Shown: in pieces, positions 1 to 8,134 of the stretch
How positions within the stretch are numbered: the stretch's first letter is position 1
How the letters are laid out: the number at the start of each line of letters is the position of its first letter
Assembly (NCBI GenBank): GCA_021801545.1
Contig: JAJYXX010000263.1
Span: 1-31,336 of the forward strand
Direction of reading: 5' to 3'
Length of the DNA: 31,336 nt
From: Chloroflexota bacterium
Lineage (GTDB): Bacteria; Chloroflexota; Limnocylindria; Limnocylindrales; CSP1-4
The notes under the pieces: model-generated
Databases searched by the model: none
What the model was told of the DNA's origin: nothing
Seen by the model: the letters and a program-made list of their open reading frames with translations, nothing else
Position numbers and translations under genes: made by a program

Positions 1-100
1 GTCGATGCCCGTGGAAGACATCGGTCATGAGCTCCGAGAGGTGGCTCTTCGCGGGCGAGAAGTCGGTCGTCGGGACGAGCGTATCGGTCATATCGGTCAT
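1..100 (-). CDS. Putative Phd/YefM-like antitoxin, N-terminal part (runs off window edge)
   Basis: Manual translation from ATG 100: MTDMTDTLVPTTDFSPAKSHLSELMTDVFHGHR. F-S-x-A-K-x-H-L-S-E-L resembles the Phd N-terminal DNA-binding signature. Not in the ORF track because it is truncated. Confidence 0.4.
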   Translation of the reverse strand, partial: MTDMTDTLVPTTDFSPAKSHLSELMTDVFHGHR

Positions 101-126
101 GCTAGGCCACATTGGTCTGATTGGTC
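83..126. repeat. Four AT(C/T)GGTC heptamers in two 9-bp-spaced pairs around the antitoxin start (possible operator)
   Basis: ATCGGTC at 83 and 92, ATTGGTC at 111 and 120 on the + strand. Confidence 0.35.
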
Positions 127-370
127 ACCTTTCAGGGGCGCGGTGCCTGACAAGCAGGCCCGCCGCTGGCTGCGGCCGTCGGTGACGATGACGTGGGCGT
201 GGTGGAAGAGGCGGTCGACCGTGGCGGTGGCGAGGCGCTTCGGCAGGATCGTGTCGAAGCGCGCCGGGTGAAGGTTCGAGGTCACGATCAGCGAGCGCTT
301 CTCGTAGGCGGCATCGACCAGGCGGTACAGGGCTTCGGCCTGGTTGGCGCCGGCGGGAAGAGGCCGATGT
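97..370 (-). pseudogene. istB: IS21-family IstB ATPase, C-terminal relic
   Basis: DIG/LPAGANQAEALYRLVDAAYEKRSLIVTSNLHPARFDTILPKRLATATVDRLFHHAHVIVTDG carries the IstB motifs (xTSN, A.VDRL.HHA). Frameshift near 361; 5' part absent. Confidence 0.75.
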
Positions 371-384
371 CAACACCATGCTAG

Positions 385-738
385 TGTTACGCGAAGGTCA
401 TCCGTGGCGCACCGCGCCCGTTACGCGGTTCCTCTTGGGACACCAATATGCCGGCTGGCTACCTGGACACGATCCTTGGTGACGACCCACCTATCTGGAC
501 CGTCGGGTCGAGCGACACGCGCGGGATTTCAGCTGGAGTGTGGTATCAGACGTGGATTCGCTTCAGCACCGGCTACGGTGAGACGCCCACAGACACTGCA
601 GCTGTTTCGTATCAGCGGGGCCACCGGGATCCTTCATGGTGTGGCGACCCATTCTGCATTTACGCAGACGACACCGTCTACGTAATCCCGAAATGGCAGC
701 AGTCAGTCCCCGGGGGCAAGAGTTGGAACTGGCCGTGA
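385..738 (+). pseudogene. 5'-truncated hypothetical protein (Trp/Tyr/Thr-rich, secreted-protein-like C-terminal half)
   Basis: Frame is open from 385, after a stop at 382-384, through ATG 448 to stop 738. Low in Arg/Pro/Ala, unlike the shadow ORFs. No signal peptide or RBS; abuts the istB relic. Confidence 0.4.
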
Positions 739-755
739 GTCCGGTCAGAAGGTCG

Positions 756-1082
756 ATGAGCGCCGCACGCGTGGCGGCGCTCATCGTCGTCGTGCTCCTC
801 GCCATAGGCCTGGTCGGCTACCTGCAAGCGATTGGCGAGGCTGAGGCCTTGGGCGTGGGAGCGGGCGGGGTAAGGGATCAGGAAGCACTCGACCTCGCAA
901 GGGAGCACTGGGACAACCCCGTCCTCCGCCTCTTGACGCTTGAGCGGGTCATCGTCGCGTACGGGACCGAGAGCATCGGTGGCTGCAGACGCGTAGATGT
1001 CGCTGCAATCTCGTTCTTCGGGGTAGCACTCGACAGGGTACGGGTCGGGTGCGATAACTCGGTGATGAGCCTAGGCGCCTGA
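756..1082 (+). CDS. Small hypothetical membrane-anchored protein (108 aa)
   Basis: ATG 756 lies 17 nt after the upstream stop. N-terminal hydrophobic helix VAALIVVVLLAIGLVGYL, then a soluble region with two Cys. Confidence 0.55.
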   Translation: MSAARVAALIVVVLLAIGLVGYLQAIGEAEALGVGAGGVRDQEALDLAREHWDNPVLRLLTLERVIVAYGTESIGGCRRVDVAAISFFGVALDRVRVGCDNSVMSLGA

Positions 1083-1197
1083 ACTGCGGCGAGGGCCTCC
1101 GATCTTGGTCTAGGCGATCAGGGAGGCCAACCTCAGCCGATCGCCGGTTCGCCCGAGGGAGAGAGCCCGCCTGGGCGCGCTGCCTGACCCGCCGTCG

Positions 1198-1302
1198 TCA
1201 GGAAGCCGGGTCGAGCGGCTTGACCCCGCGCCCTTCGATCGCTTCGGTGAGACGGTGCGATGTGCTTTCGGTCACGATCACGTGCGCATGGTGGAGGAGG
1301 TC
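1198..1302 (-). pseudogene. istB: Second IS21-family IstB C-terminal relic
   Basis: Manual translation: DLLHHAHVIVTESTSHRLTEAIEGRGVKPLDPAS*, the typical IstB C-terminus. Synonymously divergent from the copy at 97-370. Confidence 0.65.
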
Positions 1303-1304
1303 CG

Positions 1305-1628
1305 TCACGAGGCCTGCCGGAACTCCTCGTAGCGGCGGGCGAGCCGATCAGGATCCGGAAGGTCGATCCGGCGGGTCGGCAGGTGGATCCGCTGGCCGTG
1401 GATCTGCTGGAGCCCGACGACGAGCATCGGCCCGTCGGTCTCGGCGAGGACGGACGGGCGGACCTCGATGACGTAGTCGGGCCGGACCGCGAAGAAGAAC
1501 CCGTCGAATGCGGCATGGTGGAGCTTGCAGAGCGCGAGCCCGTTGCTCACGAGAGGCTCGCCCTCCGGGTCGCGATCGGGCGTGATGTGGGCGGCGTCGA
1601 GCAGCTCGCGGTGGCGCAAGCGCCACTC
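1305..1628 (-). pseudogene. HNH endonuclease, C-terminal fragment
   Basis: RLRHRELLDAAHI...VSNGLALCKLHHAAFD is an HNH_2-type motif. The preceding CxxC is missing; upstream in-frame sequence belongs to the HEPN gene. Confidence 0.8.
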
Positions 1629-2047
1629 CGATCCAAACGACTCATCAGCGGCGCGAAGGATTCGCTTCGCCTGTCGTATCGCGGCCTCGGTCTCCTTCGG
1701 CGTCACGATGATCGCCTGGTAGTGGACCTTGTCCTTGACGCTGAGCAGTCGTGCAGGTCATTCCTGACTCGCGAGCCTTCAGGCTGCGCCTTCGCGAGAA
1801 GGTCTACGGCTTGCGCATGATCCTCAGCCCTGGACATCTCGCCGAGGCGGACGCAGCAGATGACGTCCGCGGCCGCGATTCCGCCAAGGACCGCTACAGC
1901 CGCGGCGACACCGCGAAGCGGGAGCACGGGATCGTCGGGCTCTCCGTAGACGAGCTCGGCGACGGAGACGAAGGCGCGCGCGGCAAGGAGACGAGCCTGG
2001 GCTTCGTTCCGACCACACCTCGCGGTCCGACCTGTTCCACGCGTCAT
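1629..2047 (-). pseudogene. HEPN-like toxin partner of the MNT, frameshifted and lacking its own stop
   Basis: ATG 2047 overlaps the MNT stop (ATGA). MTRGTGRT...GGIAAADVICCVRLGE...NDL, then in the shifted frame RLLSVKDKVHYQ...RQAKRILRAADE. One missing base at about 1754. Confidence 0.65.
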
Positions 2048-2673
2048 GCCGACCGCCGTCGGCTCGTGCGAACCAGGGTCTCGATCGAAGCCCCGACGAG
2101 GTGGATGCTCTCGCGGCGCCACGCGTCGACGAGCGGATCGCCAGCCGCCACGTGGTCCGCAAACCGAGAGCGATCCACGTCGAAGATCTGGCAGCGGTTG
2201 CCGGTCGACTCGAGCACCCAGGAGTGGAGGGAGTCGAGCTGCGCCTCCCACGCGTCGTCCGGTGCGGCGTCGGCGCGGACGATCAGCACATCGATGTCGG
2301 ATCGATCGTCTCCGTCGCCTCGGGCCGCGGATCCAAAGAGGGAGGCGTGGATCGGCGCGATGGGCCACCCGCCGATGAGCTCACGAAGGCGGTCGAACAG
2401 CGTGGCTCGCAGCCCGACGAGGGCCTCGATCGCCGGCCAGGCGAGGTGGGCGCGGTTTCCGACGTACAGGGTCGACCCGGCATGCTCGTCGGCGATCGCG
2501 ATCCCCTGGGCAACGAGGCGGTTCAGGACGAGCCGGACGCCGCGGTCGCTTCCCGCTCGGGCGAGTCGATACACCTCGCGGCCGGACAGGGGCTTCGTCG
2601 TCCCGGCCAGGGCCTCGAGCACGGGGGCGTCTAGGGTGGGGATGACGCCGCGTACGGGATGGGAGACGTTCAT
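2044..2673 (-). CDS. wHTH + minimal nucleotidyltransferase (MNT) antitoxin, 209 aa
   Basis: GSAARGDGDDRSDID matches the GS-x10-DxD MNT motif. N-terminal winged-helix-like region (LSGREVYRLA...GVRLVLNRLVAQG). Confidence 0.85.
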   Translation of the reverse strand: MNVSHPVRGVIPTLDAPVLEALAGTTKPLSGREVYRLARAGSDRGVRLVLNRLVAQGIAIADEHAGSTLYVGNRAHLAWPAIEALVGLRATLFDRLRELIGGWPIAPIHASLFGSAARGDGDDRSDIDVLIVRADAAPDDAWEAQLDSLHSWVLESTGNRCQIFDVDRSRFADHVAAGDPLVDAWRRESIHLVGASIETLVRTSRRRSA

Positions 2674-2679
2674 GGCGTG

Positions 2680-2707
2680 ATACTAGACTTCTCACGTGAG
2701 AAGTCAA
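2680..2707 (-). promoter_or_regulatory. Sigma70-type promoter with a perfect 20-bp palindromic operator; probably leaderless
   Basis: Minus strand TTGACT (2707-2702)-N16-TAGTAT (2685-2680), ATG 6 nt later. Palindrome GACTTCTCAC|GTGAGAAGTC at 2686-2705. Confidence 0.7.
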
Positions 2708-2737
2708 GTTCCAATGTGGGAAGTGAAGTACCACCGC

Positions 2738-3029
2738 CTCGGTTGTCGCGATGCTGGGGATCGGTGCCGCGGTAGGCGTAGCGAAGGGTGCCCCGATCGC
2801 GATCGAAGCTGTCGGCGTAGGGACCACGCACGACGGTCGTAATCGAGATCGGGAGCTCGCAGGCGGCCGGCTTCCAGATCCCCGACGGACCGATGAGCGG
2901 GATCCGCCGGTTTCCCAGCCGGAAGCCCTCGAGCAGGATTCGCGCGAGCGCCTCGCCGTGCTCGGCGCGCTGGTCGGTCAGCCAGTCGAACGCCGCGAGC
3001 CTGATCTGCCGGTCGGCCTCACCGAACAC
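2738..3029 (-). pseudogene. HNH endonuclease, N-terminal fragment
   Basis: GTG 3029: ...DRQIRLAAFDWL...IPLIGPSGIWKP...ISITT..GPYAD...YAYRGTDPQHRDN resembles (from recall) the N-terminus of a putative-restriction HNH family. Homology stops near 2738, where the MNT promoter region begins. Confidence 0.7.
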
Positions 3030-3058
3030 TTGCGCAGCATAGGCCCTGTAGGGACGGA

Positions 3059-3572
3059 TCACTCGAGTTGCGAGGATTCCACCACTCGGATCTCGGGCAC
3101 CGACTCGGCGCCCGCGAACAGGACGACCAAGTTGTGGCCGGGGCTTCGGGCCGACGGGACGATGATGCCCTCAAGGTGCAGAAATGAAGCGGCTGCACCA
3201 ACCGCCTGACAGGCGCCGTAGTCGTCACCGGCGAGGGCCTTCTCGTCCACGCCGAGGCCTGCCAGAAGCAGGGGGTCGGTGAGATCGACGGCACTTCGAA
3301 GTGAGATCTCGAGGCGATGGAGAGATCGCCTTGAGCGTGGTCGTATGGGCCGGCTGGCAATCAGGTGGTCGCCTTCCGCTATTGCCGTCCTTTCGTCCAG
3401 GCTCGTGTACAGAGCCTCAACGCCAGGCGGGTTCCAGCGTGCGCCCCGAACGTTTTCGCTTGTCTGGTGGGTTGTCCGCGATGGTATGCCGCCGCACTTC
3501 CCCCGACCACGGTGGGGCGTCGAGCGCCGCCAACCTGTCCAGGATGTCGGGGTCCGGAGCTGGCCGATCCAC
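3059..3572 (-). pseudogene. RES-domain toxin (NAD+-consuming, MbcT/ParT type), frameshifted
   Basis: GTG 3572 lies 4 nt after the Xre stop: MDRPAPDPDILDRLAALDAPPWSGEVRRH... then ENVRGARWNPPG.EALYTS...AIAE...GIIVPSAR..GHNLVV. The R, Y, E, S and N motifs are present. One extra base near 3458. Confidence 0.8.
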
Positions 3573-3576
3573 GGCG

Positions 3577-3915
3577 TCAGACGTACGCCCCACTCTTCAG
3601 CTGTTCTATGAGCGCGAGGACGGCGTCGATGTCGCCCTCCTTGATCCGCTGCGCAGGCGTGGCACCGTGAAGCAGCCGGTGACGCGAGAAGAGCCACAGG
3701 CGGGCGTCGTCTGGCTCGTAGAACTCGGCGAGCTCAGTGGCCAACCATTCAAGGGTCAACAGCCGATTGAGATGGGTCGGCTGTGGGTCGACGCGGCCCT
3801 GCTGCCATCTCGAGACTGTCTGAGGAGTGGCGCCAACAAGCTCCGCGACCTCACGACCGCGGATACCCGCCTTGTCCTTGATCGAGTGGAGCTTGGCCGC
3901 CACAGCACCGGGCAT
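3577..3915 (-). CDS. Xre/MbcA/ParS-type antitoxin (HTH + toxin-binding domain), 112 aa
   Basis: HTH EVAELVGATPQTVSRW, C-terminal ARLWL.....LL.GATP motif, upstream AGAGGAG RBS, adjacent to the RES gene. Confidence 0.85.
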   Translation of the reverse strand: MPGAVAAKLHSIKDKAGIRGREVAELVGATPQTVSRWQQGRVDPQPTHLNRLLTLEWLATELAEFYEPDDARLWLFSRHRLLHGATPAQRIKEGDIDAVLALIEQLKSGAYV

Positions 3916-3978
3916 GCGTTCTCCTCTACTTGATCGACGGGGGTCTCGGTCGCTGGCAGACCGACACGAGGTGCACTT

Positions 3979-4027
3979 TTACATGAACATTACCATGAAC
4001 AGTACCGTTCGCCGGAAGCGGCGTCAA
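3979..4027 (-). promoter_or_regulatory. Promoter for xre-RES with tandem operator-like repeats
   Basis: Minus strand TTGACG (4027-4022)-N17-TACTGT (4004-3999). Direct repeats TTACATGAACA (3979-3989) and TTACCATGAACA (3990-4001) on the + strand. Confidence 0.55.
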
Positions 4028-4132
4028 GCGATCGGCCGATGTTCGTCGCCCGCCATGATGGCGCGCGCGCGACGGGTCGGTCCTCAGCTGCGTTGCGGGC
4101 CCGGAGGGTCAAGGTGGTCCTGCGTTAGCCGA

Positions 4133-4751
4133 TCATTCGCCCCCTGGGTGGGTCCAGTTCACGCTATCACTCGCAGGGTTGTCATTTCGAGCCACCCACG
4201 TGACGCGATCGGCGAGATCCGATCGTCCCGCCCGGCTGAGACTCTCGCGCTCGAGATCGATGACCCACCCCTCACCGGCCGTCCCGAGCTGGCGGGTCTG
4301 GAAGTCCCTGAGAGCGGCGATCGGGCCCCCGGTGAGACCGACCGAGATGCGCCGAGGAGCACGATCGCGAGCCCCCGGAGCCGGCACGACGACATCGTCG
4401 GTCGCGAGGCGGCGCGGCCGGGCGGCGACGAGGCTGGTCGTCCCGTATGTCGCCAGCGCCTCGCCGATCCGGTGGCTGGGACCCATCGCGGCCAATACGA
4501 CCGGCTTGAGGTCGCGCTGGTAGTGAGGGAGCGGCTTGTAGCCATCGATCCACTCCAGGCCCGACTCGTCGAGGATCGCGCTCACGCTCTGCAGCTTCCG
4601 CTCGATGGACCCGGTCGTCCTGGCCGGAAGAAGGGCCCCTGAGCTGGCGAACGGCATCGGCCTTCGAGAATCGCTCTCCCCGAAGCTCCATGCGCAGCAT
4701 GTCGGCGTAGCCGGAGACCGTCGGTCCTCGCCCGACTCTGTTCATCGGCAC
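4133..4751 (-). pseudogene. DUF3883 (NO VEIN-like) domain protein relic
   Basis: TVSGYADMLRMELRGERFSKA / ALLPARTTGSIERKLQSVSAIL...GYKP..HYQ resembles the N-terminal domain of this family. LGTAGE.WV...ER..L...GR.DLA..V.WVAR begins the DUF3883 nuclease region, then homology ends. Frameshift in a G-run near 4638. Confidence 0.6.
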
Positions 4752-4808
4752 GGCGTCACTCCGTGGAGGGACTCGACGAGGGTCAGCGGAGTGGGGATGA
4801 CAACGGCG

Positions 4809-7800
4809 TCATGCTGGGACAGTCGAGTCGCCGAGGCCTCGCAGTGCCGCGAGCTTGATCTCCGAATCCGGTCGCAGCGGCGTGGTCGGGTGGCAGGTGA
4901 AATACAGGATCTGGTGGCGGTTCGCGAGCTCCTCGATCGAGCGCGCGGCTCGTTCGGCCCGCTCGGGATCGAAGTTGACGAGAACGTCGTCCATGACGAT
5001 CGGAAGGGCCTCGCCACCCTGCGCGAAGTGCTCCACCAAGCCGAATCGCATGGCGAGGTAGAGCTGCTCGGCGGTCCCGCGCGACAAGCCGGTGAGCGGG
5101 ACCAGCGTGCCATCGCGATGCTCGACGCCTTCGATCTGGCGCCCGATCGGGGCCACGATGCGCTCGTAGCGTCCGGCGGTCCAGTCGCGGAAGTATCGCT
5201 CCGCCATCGAGACGACGGCCGGCCTGTGCTCGCGCTCGTATGCCTGTCGTGCGTTGGCGACCATCTCAGCAGCGATCGCGAGAACGGCCCAGTGTTCGGC
5301 CACCGACTCCAGCCGCGCCTGGAGATCGCTCCGGCGCTGCCGCTTCTGCGTGGCTTCCACGTCACGCTCCATCGACGCACGGCGGTCCCGAACCGCGCCG
5401 GACTCCTCAAGCAAGGTCGACCGCCGCGCGTCCAGATCGCCGATCTCCCTGGCGACGTCCTGAGCATGCCCGTGCACCGCGTCGATATCGGCTATCTCGG
5501 CGAGCGCCGCCTCGAGCGTGGCGAGGGCCTCCCCCGGACCGGAAAGGGCGGTGAGTGCCGCGCGTGCCGAGCCGATGACCCCGTCCAGTCGCGCTGCCTC
5601 CGAGCTTCGCTCCACTTCCAGGCGAAGCGATGGCGCGTCCGGTACACCCAGCTCGTCAAGCAGCGCCTGAACCTCCTCCTCGCGGGTCATGGCAGCCGCC
5701 CGCGCTTTCTCCGCCTGCTGCTCGAGCTCCGCGATCTCGCCGGCGAGCGTCCCGCGGCGGTCATTGAGCCGAACGGTTTCCTCGAGTCGCCGGGCCAGCT
5801 CGCGCACGATGTCAGCCGATGAGCGACCGCCCCTGCCATCCTCAAGCAGATCGGCTGACTCGTCGACAAGGCGTTCGAACGCTTCCCGCGCCGCTGCCAG
5901 CGCACCGAACTGCTCCCGGAAAGACGAGGCGCTCGCAAGCCGAGCCTTTGCCGTCGTCACCGCGTCCACCACGCGCGCCGCCGATTCCCGGTCCAGATCC
6001 GTCTCCAGGCCGTGCTCCTCGAGCCATCGTGCCCACTCGGTGCGGGCCACCTGTCGCCGCGTCTCCGAGCTCTCGACCTCTGCCCCGAGACGCTCCTCGC
6101 GCTCCTCCAGGTTCGCCACACCCCGTGCGTGGAGCTCCCGCTGTTCGAGAAGGCCGCTGCGGCGACCCTCCAACTCCCGATCGCGCACGAGATCGCGGCG
6201 GAACACATCGAGTTCGCCCACGTTCTGATCGAGGCCAATCGCCGCGAGTTCGGTGGCCAGACGGCCCTCCAGCTCGACGGTCTGCGCGGTTGCCCGCTCG
6301 AAGCGCTCGCGCTCATCGGCAAGCCGGGCCACGACAAGCCGCTCGTCGTCGAGCGTCCGCTCCGTCACCTGCAGCTCGGCCAACCCAGCTGACCCTGGCA
6401 TTCCCAACTCCTCGAGGAGGGGCGTAGCGAGTGCCCGTTCTGACCCAGCCTGGAAGGCGGGGCCAGCCGACGTCCGGTCGACTTCCCCTCGCCCCCGCAC
6501 GGCCCATGCAACGAGACCGGCTGCGGCGAGCGCAACGAGCAAGATCGCGACCGCGAGCACCGGCGGGGCCCCGGCCGCGATCACCACCGCGCCCCCGAGC
6601 ACGCCGGCCCCGGCGATAGCGAGCATCGGCCAGCTCCCGACGGGCCGGGCAGCCCGGGACCCAGCAAGGGACGTGAGCACCTGCTCACGCTCGAGCAGCG
6701 ACCGGGCTTCCGCGGCCATCCTGAGACGGTCCGCGAGGGACGGACCGGACGCAACGTCCTCGGCCGGTGGCTCACCGGCCGGCCTCGTCGCCTCGAGGCG
6801 GACGCGAAGGTTGTCGATCGACTGCAGAGCCGCCTCCCGATCGGACACCGACCCGCGAGTACCCAGGTCCTCGTCGATCTCCTCGATCCGAGCCTTCACG
6901 GCTTCGAGTGCGCGCCGGGTATCTTCGAGCTCGGTCCGGTTCGTTTCCAGGCGGCCCGTGGCCGCGGTGACGGCACCGTCCACGCCTTCGAGGAGCGTCC
7001 GGAACCGCCCGGAGATCGCCGTCTGGACCGCGATCGAGTCGTCGAATGCCGCGACGCGTTCCTCCGTCCACGCCGGGCCGAGCCGCTCGAGGGCGGCGTC
7101 GAGCTCCGCGCGCGCCCGCTGGTGGTCCCGGCCCAAGCGCGCCAGCTCCCCGGACCGGGCGCGATCCTCGGCCCCTGCAGCGACGAGGCTCTCGATCTCG
7201 TCGCGCCTGGCGAGCAACCGTTCGTCGATGTGGAGCGCCGCCATCTGCTCGACGGCATCCTGGTGGCGCGTGGCCACCTCTTTGTGCGTCTCCTCCGCCG
7301 CCTGTTGGTTCGTGTCGAGGACGCCGTACCGCTCCAGTGCGTTAGTCGGCAGGCTCAGCACGGCCCCGATCGCTGCGCGGTCTGCTCGCGCGGCCCCAAG
7401 CTCTAGCCATGTCGGCCAAGCCGCGATCAGCCGCTCGAGCGCGCGACTGTCGGCCTGCCGGGCCGCGAGATCGATGTCGAGCGTGTCGAGCTCCGCTTGG
7501 ATCTCGACGAGGCGCTCGCCATCGGCCGCGTAGGCGGCGGGGAGGTCGAGCCGTCGCAACTCGGAATCGACTTCGTCGAGCTCGCGTAGGAGCTCGTTCG
7601 CAACCGGGTTGTGTCCGCCGGGCTTGAAGAGGCCATCGCGCTCGGCCTTGAGCTGCGCCTCGACATCCAGCGCTCCGCCGAGCCCGAGGCCGGCCCCATA
7701 GATGCGGGCGGCCACCTCTTCGTCGGTGAGCCGCCGGAACTCAGTGAGTTCGCCGAGCCCGAAGGCGAAGATGCTCCGGTAGACGGTCTTCTCGACACCC

Positions 7801-8132
7801 CGCAGGAGGTTCGGGAGCACCTCTCCGCCGAGGTCAGCGCGAGATGCGTCGAGCACCCGGAGCTGGCCTGCTCCGCCGCGGTCACCGTAGCGCTCGACCC
7901 GGAAGGAACGGCCGTCCGTCATCTCGAGATCGAGCCAGCCGCCACGGCGACCCCCTGCGAGCGCGCGGTACTCGTTCGTCTCGAACCCGAAGAGGATGGC
8001 CCGAACGAAGGCGAGGAGCGTGCTCTTGCCGGCCTCGTTCTCGCCGCTGACAAGCGTCAGCCTGGAACTCGGGGTAAGGCGGTAGCCGTTGAGGAGGCCG
8101 AAGCCATCGACGGCAAGCTCCGTGATGCGCAT
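4809..8132 (-). CDS. yhaN: YhaN/SbcE-like SMC/Rad50-type ATPase (AAA_27), 1107 aa
   Basis: Walker A GENEAGKST, long coiled coils, signature LSRGTAEQ, Walker B/D-loop IVMDDVLVNFD, H-loop FTCH, central hydrophobic segment. Confidence 0.9.
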   Translation of the reverse strand: MRITELAVDGFGLLNGYRLTPSSRLTLVSGENEAGKSTLLAFVRAILFGFETNEYRALAGGRRGGWLDLEMTDGRSFRVERYGDRGGAGQLRVLDASRADLGGEVLPNLLRGVEKTVYRSIFAFGLGELTEFRRLTDEEVAARIYGAGLGLGGALDVEAQLKAERDGLFKPGGHNPVANELLRELDEVDSELRRLDLPAAYAADGERLVEIQAELDTLDIDLAARQADSRALERLIAAWPTWLELGAARADRAAIGAVLSLPTNALERYGVLDTNQQAAEETHKEVATRHQDAVEQMAALHIDERLLARRDEIESLVAAGAEDRARSGELARLGRDHQRARAELDAALERLGPAWTEERVAAFDDSIAVQTAISGRFRTLLEGVDGAVTAATGRLETNRTELEDTRRALEAVKARIEEIDEDLGTRGSVSDREAALQSIDNLRVRLEATRPAGEPPAEDVASGPSLADRLRMAAEARSLLEREQVLTSLAGSRAARPVGSWPMLAIAGAGVLGGAVVIAAGAPPVLAVAILLVALAAAGLVAWAVRGRGEVDRTSAGPAFQAGSERALATPLLEELGMPGSAGLAELQVTERTLDDERLVVARLADERERFERATAQTVELEGRLATELAAIGLDQNVGELDVFRRDLVRDRELEGRRSGLLEQRELHARGVANLEEREERLGAEVESSETRRQVARTEWARWLEEHGLETDLDRESAARVVDAVTTAKARLASASSFREQFGALAAAREAFERLVDESADLLEDGRGGRSSADIVRELARRLEETVRLNDRRGTLAGEIAELEQQAEKARAAAMTREEEVQALLDELGVPDAPSLRLEVERSSEAARLDGVIGSARAALTALSGPGEALATLEAALAEIADIDAVHGHAQDVAREIGDLDARRSTLLEESGAVRDRRASMERDVEATQKRQRRSDLQARLESVAEHWAVLAIAAEMVANARQAYEREHRPAVVSMAERYFRDWTAGRYERIVAPIGRQIEGVEHRDGTLVPLTGLSRGTAEQLYLAMRFGLVEHFAQGGEALPIVMDDVLVNFDPERAERAARSIEELANRHQILYFTCHPTTPLRPDSEIKLAALRGLGDSTVPA

Positions 8133-8134
8133 CG

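Noticed and set aside
368-374. TGTCAAC as a possible IS21 terminal repeat
   Set aside because: No partner end found, and it also reads as istB coding sequence (VDIG).
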